Shown: positions 38,013 through 51,411, counted from the stretch's first letter. The stretch is DNA of 64,000 nt from Octopus vulgaris (GCA_951406725.2 OX597814.1:218116001-218180000); one strand, 5' to 3'. A program made the numbers and translations. The notes: a model not told the origin generated them from the letters alone.

Positions 38013-38287
38013 GTAAGGTCACTAGGAAGGTGAGGAAAAAAGAGAAAAAAGTCTCAATGTTATACTGTGTGTTTTTCATTTGCTCACAGACTCAGTAACA
38101 ACAAGATCACTTTCTCTGACTTCACTTTTAGTTGAAGAGCAAAAGCCCCAAGATGTTAGAACTTAAACTCTTCACAGCAAGTGATCATATATTTATAGTA
38201 GTCTTCAACAAAGTGTGTGTGCATATCTTTTACTTTAAGTCATTGGACTGTGGCTATGCTGTGGTACCACTGCCTTGACGAGTTTAT

Positions 38288-38513
38288 TTAACCCTTTAGT
38301 ATTTAAACCAGCCATATCTGGCCAAAATAGCTATCTGTTTTATGTTCAAACTGACCAGATCCAGGCTCTCACACCTACCCTACAATGTTATTCTACATTA
38401 AGTAATTACACCATCAAGATCTTGAAGATATGAGATAATGCATGATTAATTCAAATCAATGGGAATCAATAGGCATTATGTTTGATAGAATAATCTGAAC
38501 ACTAAAGGGTTAA
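38288..38513. mobile_element. TTAA MITE
   Basis: TTAA|ccctttag...ctaaaggg|TTAA. Confidence 0.9.
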
Positions 38514-39396
38514 ACAAATCAAACCTTGTGAATGAGTAAAAGTTGACAACAGGAAAGGGATTCACAAGTTCTGTCAGACCTATGCAAGCATAAAAAAAGG
38601 GATGTTGAAAAGGTGAAGTGTTACTGATGAACAAAATAGGAACAATGCCCTGCCTCTTTAAATGTTACACTAATGACCAAGGGTTTGTAGTTCAAGTGAT
38701 ATTATAACCATTGTTGTGGTCTGGATCTCTTTTGGTTACATTGATGAGCATTCTTGTTGATACAATCAATGGAATGGCCTGCTCGTGAAATTGACGTGCA
38801 AGTGGCCGAGCACTCCACAGACATGTGTTCCATTAACATAGTTCTCAGGGAGATTCAGCATGACACAAAATGTGACATGGCTGGCCCTTTGAAATTCAGG
38901 TACAACAATAAATAAAGTGTCTTGCTCAAGGATACAATGTGCCAGCAGGAATTGAACTTACAACCTTACGATCATGAGCTGAATTCCCCTAACCACTAAG
39001 CTATGTGCCTTCATGCCCATTGTTGTAGGCTCTAGCTCAAGACAAAAAAACTCTAAAAATGCTGAAGTAGATGATGAGCATCAAATGGCAAAAACAATTG
39101 TCCTTCCTACCCCTTTACATGAAGCATCTGTCTTCTGGTATTATCAGTAGCCTTCTACTAGGATATTTATGTTATATCTTTTGGTGGGGATTCAACAATC
39201 TAGTTTTCAATAACAGCATTAAAGCATGAAGGTTAACTACAGATTCTACAGAGATGAACTGCATCACATCCCACCATTTCCATCAATAACTCCCAGCTTG
39301 AAAACATTCTTGTTAGAACACATTTAAGAATTCTTTACATCTTATCAATATCTGCAGGAAATGACAACTCAACGAGCCTGATTTTTATTTTCATAA

Positions 39397-40367
39397 TCAT
39401 CATCGATTAACGTCCGTTTTCCATGCTGGCATGGGTTGGACGGTTTGACTGAGGTCTGAAGAGCCAGCGACTGAACCAGGCTCCAATCTGGTCTGGCAAA
39501 GTTTCTACAGCTGGATGCCCTTCCTAATGCCAACCATTCAGAGTGTAGCGGATGCATTTTACGTGCCACCAGCACAGGAGCCAGTAAAGCGGGCGTGGAA
39601 ACAATCAGGTTCAGATGGTGTTTTTTACATGCCTGGGGGACTGGCACTGGTCACAATCGGTTGGTGCTTTTTACGTGCCACCGGCACCGGATCCAGTGAG
39701 GTGGGCCTGGCAACAAACATGTTTGGATGGTGCTTTTTATGTACCACTGGCACAGGAGCCTGTCAGGTGGACCTGGCATCAACCATGTTCGGATAGTGCA
39801 TTTTACATACCATCGGCACAGGAGCCAGCCAGGGATCACTGGCTCCAGCTACAATATTGGTTTTATTTGACCCAACAGGACTTCTCAAGCATATATCGCC
39901 CAACGCATCAGGAGTATTCTTAACAAGGCTGGACGTGCATGGCTGCAATCTCACTTTAGTTGCTGGGTCTTCTCAATCACAGAATATCTCCTAAGGTCCT
40001 GGTCTCCTGTCATTGCCTCTGTGAGGCCCAATGTTCGAAGGTCAAGCTTCATCACCTCATCCCATGTCTTCCTGGGTCTACCTCTTCCACAGGTTCCTTC
40101 TACAGTTAGGGTGTGACACTTCCTCACACAGCTGTCCTCATCCATACATAACATGACCATACCAGCACAGTCACCTCTGTTGCCCACCACATTTGATGCT
40201 TCTTATGCCCAACTTTTCTCTCAGGGCACTTACACTGTCATGTATAAAACACTGACATTACACACCCAGTGTATCATACTAGCTTTATTTCTTTCAAGCC
40301 TATGCACGTCCTCAGCATTCACGGCCCATGTTTCACTAGCAAGCTGCATGGCAGTTCACACATTTCT
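39397..40367 (-). mobile_element. RTE LINE 3' portion (ORF2 end plus UTR with diverged ~60-bp units)
   Basis: VEGTCGRGRPRKTWDEVMKLDLRTLGL...EKTQQLK*, followed by the UTR array and family tail. This links the arrays to the LINE. Confidence 0.92.
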
Positions 40368-41056
40368 TTCTTGAGCAAATTTTTATTTTCTTACAGAAAG
40401 GAGTATCACTTTCACATCTAGGTTGGTGTCTTTTTTGATACTTGACAACTTAGATCCCATTTAAAAGAATATCATCTGCCTAATGTATAAACCCCTACTC
40501 GCTGAAATTATTGACTATTCCGTATCAAAATGAAGTAGTCTCCCCTAACAACCCTCTTTTAGACTTTAATCTTTTAGCATGCAGATTAATTTATCAAATG
40601 TAATGCTTATTTATCCACATTTAAAAAAAAATTAACCATGTAGTATCTTGTAGCTTCAAAATGTGATTGTTTATTCTTAGAATGACATTGTAGGGTAAGT
40701 GTGAGAGACTGGATCTGTCCAGTTTCAACATAAAACAGGTAGAATATTTGAGCCAGATATAGTCAGTTTAAATGCTAAATGGTTATATATTCTTCCCTGT
40801 GTAGAGTTTTCTAACATCTATTTGAAACCCACCTGTTGCACCTACTTCTGTTGTTATCACTCTTACAGTGTTTATATTTGTCCTGTGTCTGTCAGGCTGA
40901 GGTGCAAATACCTCCTGTGTTTTGAACTCATTTTTAATGAAAATAGTTTTAAGCTGTCTCTCTTCAATGTAACACAGACCTTTACTTTCACTGCTCTTCA
41001 GATGCAATGATGAAGAACAAGTTATACTAATCTCAGCCCAATGATTTATATACATA

Positions 41057-41362
41057 TTCATCATCATCATCATCATCATTTAGCGTCCGCTTTCCATGCA
41101 AGCATGGGTTGGACGGTTCAACTGGGGTCTGTGAAGCCAGGAGGCTTCATCAGGCCCAGTCAGATCTGGCAGTGTTTCTATGGCTGGATGCCCTTCCTAA
41201 CGCCAACCACTCTGTGAGTGTAGTGGGTGCTTTTTATGTGCCACTAACACAGGTGCCAGACAGAGCTGGCAAACGGCCACGAACGGATGGTGCTTTTACG
41301 TGCCACCGGCACGGGGGCCAGGCGAGGCTGGCTACGGACACGAGCGGATGGTGCTTTTACAT
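41057..41362 (-). mobile_element. RTE 3' UTR fragment (2 units)
   Basis: Family tail and units. Confidence 0.88.
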
Positions 41363-41399
41363 ATGTAAAACAGGATTTCATAATTATACATGCCTTGAT

Positions 41400-41720
41400 G
41401 TGAAGGCACATGGCTCAGTGGTTAGAGTGTTCGGCTCACAATCATGAGGTAGTGAGTTCAATTCCTGGACTGAGCTGTGTGTTGTGTTCTTGCTCCAGTT
41501 CACTCAGGTGTAGAAATGAGTTGCAACATCACTGGCACCAAGTTGTATTGGCCCCTTTGCCTTTCCCTTGGATAACATTGATGTATAGAGGGGAGGCTGG
41601 TATGCATGGGTGACTGCTGAACTTCCACAAACAACCTTGCTTGAATGTGTGCCTCAGAGAGGAGCTTTCTTGGTGCAATCCCATGGTCATCCGTGACCAA
41701 ATGGAGTCTTTACCCTTTAT
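41400..41720 (+). mobile_element. SINE family D
   Basis: TGGCTCAGTGG A box, GAGTTCAATTCC B box; homologous to 26940-27280. Confidence 0.85.
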
Positions 41721-42138
41721 TTATGCACCTTGATAACAAAAAATGAATTTAAAAAATGATCAAATTCCTTATTTGGTTGAAACTGTACACATTTCAAAGT
41801 GGAATTAATTGTAGCTGCCAGACAGATTAATCAAACTCACTGAACACACCAGGGAGAAGAAGTTATGATATTGATAATGTAATGCCTGTCAGCTGATTTC
41901 TGATGCTCTTTGATCAATACAAGGCCATAGAATATGTCAATAGTGATTGGTTACAAAACCTACAGAGTGAAATACAAGTACCTGCTCAGCTACTCACACC
42001 CAACTAAAACACTAGCAGAAAAAAGACCCTCACCAGATGAAAACCAGTATAATCACCTAAAATCATTTTAAGATTATACTACAGAAATAATCTGATAGAA
42101 AATGCAGAATAAGTATAAATGTATGGGAAAATGCTGTC

Positions 42139-42822
42139 TTAACCCTTTAGCATTCAAACCGGCCATATCTGGCCAAAATATTTAACCTGTTTTATATTGA
42201 AACTGACCAGTTCTCGCCTCTCACCTCAGCCCTACCATGTCATTCTAAAACTAAAAAATCACATCACTGAAATCTCTAAACTACAAGATAATGCAGGATT
42301 AATTCAAAGCATTTTAAATAAACAAACATCACATTTGACAGAGAGAGAGAGGGGGAGAGAGAGAGTGTGTGACTAATTACTGTGTGGTTGCTCCTGAAGT
42401 GATGACTTGTAATGACTGCCTCATTAAAAATATTGTGCAGGTGACCCTTGCAAATTCACTTGAAAGCAAATTCTATATCCATCTGCTTATAATTGGTAGA
42501 TAATTCTCTTAAGTGATACATATAAACATTAACAGTGATATTGTGAGTAAAGCATCAAAATTAGAGTAGTGCTCAACTATGGAAGTACAGAGCTCTAACC
42601 CTTTAGCATTTAAACCAGCCATTTCAGGCCAAAATATTTAACCTGTTTTATATTGAAACTGACCAGATCTCGCCTCTCACCTCAGCCCTACCATGTCATT
42701 CTAAAACTAAAAAATAGCATCACTGAAATCTCTTAACTACAAGATAATACATGATTAATTCAAAACAATATAAATAAACAAACATCACATTTGACAGAAT
42801 AATCTGAACACTAAAGGGTTAA
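42139..42822. mobile_element. Two closely related TTAA MITE copies (42139-42341 truncated; 42595-42822)
   Basis: Shared variants tatattgaaac and cacctcagccctaccatgtc. Confidence 0.85.
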
Positions 42823-43240
42823 ATGAATAAATGAATGAGTTAATCCAAGATTTATGATGCCATGGCTAAGTTCACCCTATCAGAGAAGTCAGCTGAATTT
42901 GAAGTGACACTGAAAAGAAACTACTTTAATAATGCCAAATCCAAATCCAATTGTGATTCAGCCAACTGTTATTTAGGAGGCCAACTAAAAGGGTCATGAG
43001 AATATGCACTTCTTAGAGGAAGGATGAACAAACCTATTATCGAAATGAATAAAGACACTCATAGATAGTTTTTCCATAGCTGAAATTTTTTTTCTATATA
43101 TAAATATTTGCTTATTGTAAGAGCAATTTGCTTCCATCTATGTCTTTCCTGCCACTTGACTCAAATAATGTAAAAAATTAGAATGTGGCCATGCAATAAT
43201 GAAAACACAATCAAGTTTTTAATAAAAGTTCTACTACTAT

Positions 43241-43618
43241 AGGCGCAGGAGTGGCTGTGTGGTAAGTAGCTTGCTAACCAACCACATGGTTCCGGGTTCA
43301 GTCCCACTGCGTGGCATCTTGGGCAAGTGTCTTCTGCTATAGCCCTGGGCCAACCAATGCCTTGTGAGTGAATTTGGTAGACGGAAACTGAAAGAAGCCC
43401 GTCGTATATATGTATATATATATATGTATGTATGTGTGTCTGTGTTTGTCCCCCTAGCATTGCTTGACAACCGATGCTGGTTTGTTTACGTCCCCGTCAC
43501 TTAGTGGTTCGGCAAAAGAGACCGATAGAATAAGTGCTGGGCTTACAAAGAATAAGTCCCGGGGTCGATTTGCTCGACTAAAGGCCGCAGTCAAATGACT
43601 GAAACAAGTAAAAGAGTA
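43241..43618 (+). mobile_element. Young SINE family A
   Basis: Near-identical to the 50329 copy, with a small internal deletion. Confidence 0.92.
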
Positions 43619-44685
43619 CAAATAAATGGTTTAGTATTAAGACATGTAAAAGTTGTAAATATTGTATATTTTGGAGTTGTACTAGTCTGGCAAGTGACTT
43701 AATCCAAGATGTGTGTAGAAACTGAAGTAATGGCATTGTGGAAAAACCATTTAATAAAATAAAAGCTGTTAAATTCACTTAAAATTTATTTCCTGAAGTG
43801 CCAACATTTTCATAGTACAACTATGATCTGGTCACCAAAGACAGTTACACTTTATGAAGTAAATTTAACAGCTTTGAGTGGAGGTCTTTCAGGATGAAGT
43901 TGATTATAACTCAATTTTTATTATCTTTTACGAATTTTACAGTTACATCTTTTTTCTAAACAAATTAGGAATTTATCAAATTGTGACTATTTATTCCATA
44001 TTAAAAATTAGTAAAATCATAAACTGTGATTGGCAATTAATTACACAGCTTTAGTTTTTGTGTTTTATATTTATCACCCACAGTAAAGCAACGGATTAGT
44101 TCAATTCATTCAACTTGCAAAGCTGATAATCTCTTCATAACAATGACAAGAGAGTTGCTCACACTGAAATAAGACTATAAGAAGCTTTAGTGTCATGCTT
44201 GTATTTTTTTCTCCAACATCAAACAGAATGCAGAGTAATTAGAGTGAGAAAGTGGTGACAGTTTAATGTGACTACTCACACACTAGTGTTGTACATAATT
44301 ACAATAACACAAATAAAAATAAAAGGTAATGAGCAACTGTGTTAAATGTTAAATTTAAAACATTAAAAATACAATTGTGTAAGTTTAGATGAGACAGTCT
44401 ATCCCCTATGCCACTCACCTCTCTCTCTCTCTAGACACCCTACACTTGTATCACCATCATGCTCATTTTAATGTCCACTTTTCCATGCTTGCATGGGTTG
44501 GATAGAGTTTATTGAGACAAATTTTCTATGGCCAGATGCCCTTCTTGTCATCAATCCTCACCTGCCTCTAAGCAAGGTAATATTTCCCTAGGGCCAAACA
44601 TGTTTCTGTAGGATATTGGAAATGAATGATATCCATTTAAAACAATAATGTGATGTCAAAACAAGAAGACACACATACATATATA

Positions 44686-45478
44686 TATGAGGTGATATCA
44701 AAAGGCTTCTAGACTAGTTCTGTAACATGCCAACAGATGGCAGTAATTGATTGCATGTGCAGTGAGAGCTAGCAGTGACCTTCATGAGACAGTGTGCCGA
44801 GTGACATCACCGTGTTTACTTCACAAGTTGTGAAATTTGTGATTTTGTGATCAAGTGTGTCTGCTGTAGTCTGCGATTTTGCATTAAACTTAGAATGTCT
44901 GCTACAGAGACTGAGAATGCTTCAGCAAGCTTACGGCGATGAAGCAATAAGTCATACGTAATGTTTTGAGTGGTATGGGTACTTCAAAAGCAGAAGAACA
45001 TCCCTGGAAGATGATGAGCAATCTGGAAGACCTGCCATAAGCATCACCCCCTGGAAATGTATTGTGCATTGAGAATTCATCCCCCAGGGCCCGACTGTCA
45101 ATCAAGAGTTCTACTGCGATGTTTTAAAACATTTGAGGAAGGACATTCAGCAAAGGCGCCCGGATCTGTAGAGCGCCAAGTATTGGAATCTTCACTGAGG
45201 TCTCCTCACTGATGAATTTCCTGCCAAAAATATGATATCACTTCTGAACCCACACCAGATTTAGCACTTGCAGACTTCCATCTCTTCCCCAAGATGAAAA
45301 TGCAGCTCAAAGGTTTTCTGTTTTAACACCATTCTTGAGATCAAGAGCGTTTCACAGAAGGTCCTTGACTAGCATATGCAAAACAACTTCCAGGCTGGAT
45401 TCCAAAAGTGGCAGGACTGCTGGGACTGGCGTATTGCTGTGCAAGGTGACTATTTTGAAGGAGATGATGTTAAAAGGT
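44686..45478 (+). mobile_element. Internally deleted mariner
   Basis: QAYGDEAIS...SLEDDEQSGRP, EFIPQGPTVNQEFYCDVL, PDLALADFHLFPKMK and GDYFEGD motifs. Confidence 0.85.
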
Positions 45479-45482
45479 ATAT

Positions 45483-45932
45483 ATCATCATCATCATCATC
45501 ATTTAACGTCCGCTTTCCATGCTAGCATGGGTTGGACGGTTCAACTGGGGTCTGGGGAGCCCGAAAGCTGCACCAGTCCAGTCAGATCTGGCAGTGTTTC
45601 TACAGCTGGATGCCCTTCCTAACGCCAACCACTCCGAGAGTGTAGTGGGTGATTTTATGTGCCAGACGAGGCTGGCAAACGGCCATGCTCGGATGGTGTT
45701 TTTTATGTGCCACCGACACAGGTGCCAGACGAGGCTGGCAAACGGCCACGCTCGGATGGTGTTTTTATGTGCCACCGACACAGGTGCCAGACGAGGCTGG
45801 CAGACGGCCACGCTTGGATGGTGTTTTTATGTGCCACCGACACAGGTGCCAGATGAGGCTGGCAAACGGCCACGATCGGATGGTGTTTGTTACGTGCCCA
45901 CAGCACGGAGGCCAGTCAATGCGGTACTGGCT
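45483..45932 (-). mobile_element. Young RTE 3' UTR fragment with a 62-bp array
   Basis: Units at 45657 (deleted), 45705, 45767, 45829 and a divergent unit at ~45892. Confidence 0.9.
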
Positions 45933-46269
45933 ATATATATGTGAAGGGCATTTTTAAGTTTCCATCTACCAAATCCACCTACATGAGTTTACTTGGCCTG
46001 GAGCTATAGAAGAGACTTGCCTGATGTGCCACATCAAGACTCAATCCAAAATCATGTGGTAGGGAAGTAAATTTCTTAACCATTCAACCACATTCTGTGC
46101 TCATATATAAATGGTTGAATTGTTAAGAAATTTGATTTGCAATCATAAAACCTTACTTTTGATTCCACGGTGTGGTACTTTAGGTAAGTGTCTTGAACCA
46201 TAGCCTTGGCTTGACCCAAAGTTATGTGTAGAAGGAAACTGGAGCTGATGTGCCTGCATTTAGATTGTC

Positions 46270-46740
46270 CATTAGCTTAAGAATTGGATGCTGTCAGACG
46301 AGTAAAGAATCTTGTAGTCAAATGTGTCAAAATGTAGTTTACTTAGTCAAGTATTTCCAATGTTGTATGGGGGAAAAAGTTTCATCCAGGGTGCATGAAT
46401 TTGACAATTAAGCATGGTGACAGCAATGCCATGATTTAGAGACGTCCAACTAGAAATGGGAAAACCAACACATCCAGTGGAGGACATCATAAACAGTAAA
46501 GTCTATCTGGAAGCCTTGGAGAAGAATAGGCTTCCATGAGCCAAGAGTCATTTGGGTGAGCTGTGGATTTTTCAGTATGAAAACAACCCAAGGCAAACTA
46601 CAGGAATAATCAAGGAATTCATTAAAAGCAAGAAAACTTGAGGGCTGCAGTAGCCAGCAGAAACCTGGATGTAGATCCCATTGAAAACTTATGGAAATTG
46701 GTTGACACGATTATTTAACAAAGGAATTCTAGGAAATTAC
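46270..46740 (+). mobile_element. Highly degenerate Tc1 transposase fragment
   Basis: KHGDSNAMI*, WIFQYENNP and DVDPIENLWK motifs. Confidence 0.65.
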
Positions 46741-47571
46741 ATGTCTGCTAAGTTCACTGTCATCAATTCACTGTTTCTTTGTTAATAAAATAGTTTTAAA
46801 TTATAAATGGTGAGATACTATGGATATATTTTATCAAAACTTCCCTCACAGTGAACTTTCCTCATGGTGAACTTTCTTCACATTGAATTGATGGTGGTGA
46901 ACTTACCTGTAATCAGGAAATTAAGTGACTTATATAATTTGCAAAAGAGCCTCTTTGGTCACAAATGATCAAGGGATTGCAACCAGAAGTTTCCCCACTG
47001 AGGCACAAGTCCAGGCAAGGTTGTTTGTGCAAGACCAGCAGTTGCCCACCCATACCACTGAAAAGAAAGGCCGATACAGCTTGGCACCAGCGATGTTGCA
47101 ACTCATTTCTTCAGCTGAGGGAACTGGAGCAACATGAAATAAAGTGTCTTGCTCAAGAACACAACACATAGTCCAGGAATTGAACTCACAACCTCACAAT
47201 TGTAAGCCCAGTGACCTAACCATATGCAATACATAATTATATAGCACAAAAATAGGAAGATGCAGACAGTGTTTACTACAGCTCCAGCCTGACCAATGCT
47301 TTGTGAGTTAATTTAGTAGACAGAAACTGCCATGTAAGTGTGTGTGTGTGTTCTGGTCACTTCAGCAATCTAATTATACACAGGCTGTTAGTGATCTTGG
47401 TCTTTTTCAGTTTTCTTTTCCGATGAAAAGGTAAGCTCAAAACTTCAAAAACTCTTTTTACTGAGCGTCAAGCTAATACATTCCATGTGCACATCCTCTT
47501 GTTTGTTATTGTTATTTTTAGTGTTTGTTTATCGACCATATATATATGTATGTATGTATATATATATATAT

Positions 47572-47978
47572 AGGCGCAGGCATGGCTGTGTGTTAGGAAG
47601 CTTGCTACCCAATCACATGATTCTGGGTTCAGTCCCACTGCGTGGCACCTTGGGCAAGTTTCTTCTACTATAGCCTCGGGCCAACCAAAGATTTGCGCAT
47701 GGGTTCAGTAGATGGAAACAGGAAGAAGCCTGTGGTGTGTGTGTGTGTGTGCGTGCGCGCGTGCGTGTATGTATATATAGTTGGATACTCCGTCTCCAAT
47801 GTCATACTCTTTTACTCATTTCAGTCATTTGACTGCGGCCATGCTGAGATTGATAGAATAAGTACAAGGCTTACAAAGAATAAGTCCTGAGGTTGATTTC
47901 TTCAACTAAAACCCTTTAAGGTGTTGCTGCAGCAAGGCTACAGTCAGATAACTGAAACAAGTAAAAGAATAAAAGAAT
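47572..47978 (+). mobile_element. Older, rearranged SINE-A
   Basis: Head, (TG)n, a short inverted tail piece at ~47805-47846, then tail. Confidence 0.75.
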
Positions 47979-47985
47979 ATAAATG

Positions 47986-49311
47986 CAGGATGCTGTGAAT
48001 AAATTGTCAACTAAATTACGCAAAAATAAAAATAACACTGACACTTCATTTTAACAGACATATTTACCAAAATTACATAAAAATATCTTGAAATACTAAA
48101 GAGTAAATTTATTCAATAAAATCGCCATTAGCTTCAACTACGACCTCCAGATGACTTCAGAATCTCCTGCAACTCTTCTGGATGGTCTCCTTGTTTAAGT
48201 TGGTGAATGCTGCCATAATCCTTGCCTTCAGTTCATCTTTGGTGTTACAAGGAGTTTTGTTGGTCTCTCGCTCAACTGTGCCCCACACATAATAATCAAG
48301 GGGGTTGCAGTCTGGGGAGTTAGGTGGCCAGATATTAGGGGTGATTTGGTCGAAGAGTCCTATTGCTAGATATATGGTCTTCCAGCAGCCACCTTCTTCA
48401 CCCACTTGATGTAGGCCCCCTTGTTGAGTCTGAGGCCGTGCAGGAAGATGAATGGAGGCAGAGCATTGCCATCACTAGTGATCATTCCAAACACCATGAT
48501 GCTGACTGATGTTTGATTTTTATCACTCTCAGTATGTGTTTCGGGACATGGCAAGACAATGGTTGTTCTGTGTGTTCACCATCTGATCCTGGCAAAAATT
48601 TTTCTTGCCTGAGAAAAACCAAAGCATGTTCGGTTGGAGGGGATGCTTGAGTTTGCTCAAAAGCTTCATAGCGCGGTCTTTCCTCTTGTCTTTATGCACC
48701 ACTTGCCTAATAAGAAACTCACACACTCCCATGTCCCTGGCGATGATGGACCTGATTGACTTGGAAGGATCGATGTAAATCATGGCTTGGATGTCACCAA
48801 CAAATTCAGGAGTTCTTTTCTTAGAAAGATCAGAGTGAGTTTTCCAAGCTACCATACCTTCGTAATTACCATTAGATTCATTCAACTCTTTCTGAATCCT
48901 CTGCACTGTCCTCTGATTGACACCCAGGGACTGTGAAACGGTCATATTGGAGATTCTGGCGTGAATGCTAAGAAGTACAATATGTCATTTCCAAATTCCT
49001 GGCAGAATGAATTGCGTCATGGTCCTGTTTTTCTCACAGACGCTGCCTTCAGTTCATCTTTGGTGTTACAAGGAGCTTTGTTGCTCTCTCACTCAACTGT
49101 GCCCCACACATAATAATCAAGGGGGTTGCAGTCTGGGGAGTTAGATGGCCAGATGTTTGAGTCCTGTTGCCAGATATAGGGTCTTCCAGCAGCCACCCTC
49201 TTCACCTAGGGCAGCACTACCTCCTCCAGGAGTCAACAAAGTAAAAGGCAAACAATGCGCACGTGCAAAATTAAATATATAAAATGGCGACAATTTATCC
49301 ATCACATCCTA
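47986..49311 (-). mobile_element. Decayed DD37D (maT-like) element with an ectopic internal duplication
   Basis: TIRs caggatgctgtgaataaattgtc / gacaatttatccatcacatcct; WFFSGKKNF and WPPNSPDCNPLDYYVW; ~48223-48400 is repeated at ~49043-49230. Confidence 0.88.
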
Positions 49312-49355
49312 TATATATAGGATATGTCAAGCAGTGATGAGGAGACACACTCATA

Positions 49356-49389
<34 letters not shown>

Positions 49390-49729
49390 TATGAGTGTGT
49401 CTCCCCATCACTGCTTGACAACTGGTGGGGTTTTTAATTTTTTACATTCCTGTTACTTAGTGGTTCAACAAAATGGAACAATAAAATTGAGTACTGTGGT
49501 TGACACCCTTCAAGGTGGTGCCCCAGCATGGTTGCAGTCCAGTGATTGGAACAAGTAACAGAAGATAATGCGATCACCACCTTTATATTAAATGCTTCAA
49601 AGCTGTGATTCTGTTTCAAGAAACTTTAGGTACCAGATCAACTATTTGTACCACGATTTTATTCTTCCTAATCTTTAATACACACATTCTATACTTTTTA
49701 GAAAAAAATATTGTATGGTTTAAATCTTC

Positions 49730-49957
49730 TTAACCCTTTAGTGTTTGCATTATTCTGCCAAAATTAATCCTTTTTTATTCAAATTGTTTTGAACTAATCA
49801 TTCATTATCTTGTAGCTTTGAGATTTTGATGAGGTAGCTGTTAATTTTTAAAGCGATATTGTAGGGTTGGTGTGAGAGACCAGATCTGGCCAGTTTGAAC
49901 ATAAAACAGTAGAATACTTCTGGCCGGATATGGCCGGTTTAAATGCTAAAGGGTTAA
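49730..49957. mobile_element. TTAA MITE, opposite orientation to the 33221 copy
   Basis: TTAA|ccctttag...ctaaaggg|TTAA. Confidence 0.9.
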
Positions 49958-50328
49958 ATCAACTAATATTAATTTTCATAGCATTATTGATATTGTCAAT
50001 AATTGCATTAGGCTAATTAAAAATGTTAATGTTTCAAAATACATAATTTAAAAGAATAAAAGAAAAAACTCATTCTATTCATAAGAATTGAAAACAATGA
50101 AACAATGCTTATCACAATATTGTTGCCCTTAAATTACATGATGCCACTGTATAATATGTATATACATACATAAATAAATATATATATGATATATATTTAT
50201 ACACACACACATCTATTTATATTATGTAATTTTGGAGTAACACGTCACTATAAAGATATGCCAACATTTCAACAGAAAGCAAACATATATTTTTCTCTTA
50301 TTATATATATATATATATATACATATAT

Positions 50329-50703
50329 AGGTGCAGGAGTGGCTGTGTGGTAAGTAGCTTGCTAACCAACCACATGGTTCTGGGTTCAGTCCCACTGCGT
50401 GGCATCTTGGGCAAGTGTCTTCTGCTATAGCCCCAGGTCGACCAATGCCTTGTGAGTGGATTTGGTAGACGGAAACTGAAAGAAGCCTGTCGTATATATG
50501 TATATATGTGTATGTGTGTGTGTTTGTCCCCCTAGCATTGCTTGACAACTGATGCTGGTGTGTTTACGTCCCCGTCACTTAGCGGTTCGGCAAAAGAGAC
50601 CGATAGAATAACTCCCGGGGTCGATTTGCTCGACTAAAGGCGGTGCTCCAGCATGGCCGCAGTCAAATGACTGAAACAAGTAAAAGAGTAAAAGAGTAAG
50701 AGT
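50329..50703 (+). mobile_element. Young SINE family A
   Basis: Full head to (aaaagagt)n tail. Confidence 0.92.
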
Positions 50704-51411
50704 ATATATACACACACACACACACACAGAGGTCAAGGGAGGAGTGGTAATATTGCACCAGTTTAACGAACCTATATTATAATATATTGCTTGATTTCTA
50801 GAACTGAAAAGAGCTTTTTCATCAACACACTTAACACTTCACCTCATTTCCTTTCAAAACCATAAAAAGAATAAAACGCATTGAATAGATTTATTTGTTT
50901 AAAAATCAAATCATTGACAATTATTTTCTCAACAAAAGACAAAAAAAAAGAAAAGTCAAATTTTTAGAGCAGCCAACATGAACAACTTAACCGAGTTGTT
51001 ACTAGTCTGGAGTTCCAGTTTTTTTTTTAAACAGATTTGCAACATGTGAGGATAAACCTGGGAACATGTTGGGAGGTAAATAAGGCAGTTTTAAAAGGTT
51101 TTAGAATAAGTTTGAAGCAGAAGAATTGTCCCTGCATACTGGGATGTGTTCCCGATAGCAAAAAATACTAAACCAATATCCATGGATTGAATTCCATTCT
51201 TTTAAGGGACCTGTTACAAATTCAACAGAGTGAATTCCATAATACATCTTAGGACCAGATTGTGGTTTTAAAGCAGATAATGGATTAAACCAACAACCCC
51301 ACTGCAAGATTTACTTAGGTGTATGCTGCCACTATCACCACCACCAACATAATGCAGGGGCCTCTGCTGTAGGCTCACACCATCAAGTAGTTCTTTCTAT
51401 TCAGGAGATGC

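Noticed and set aside
51101-51307. 68-aa ORF with protein-like composition
   Set aside because: No canonical ATG start, splice context or motif that I can support.
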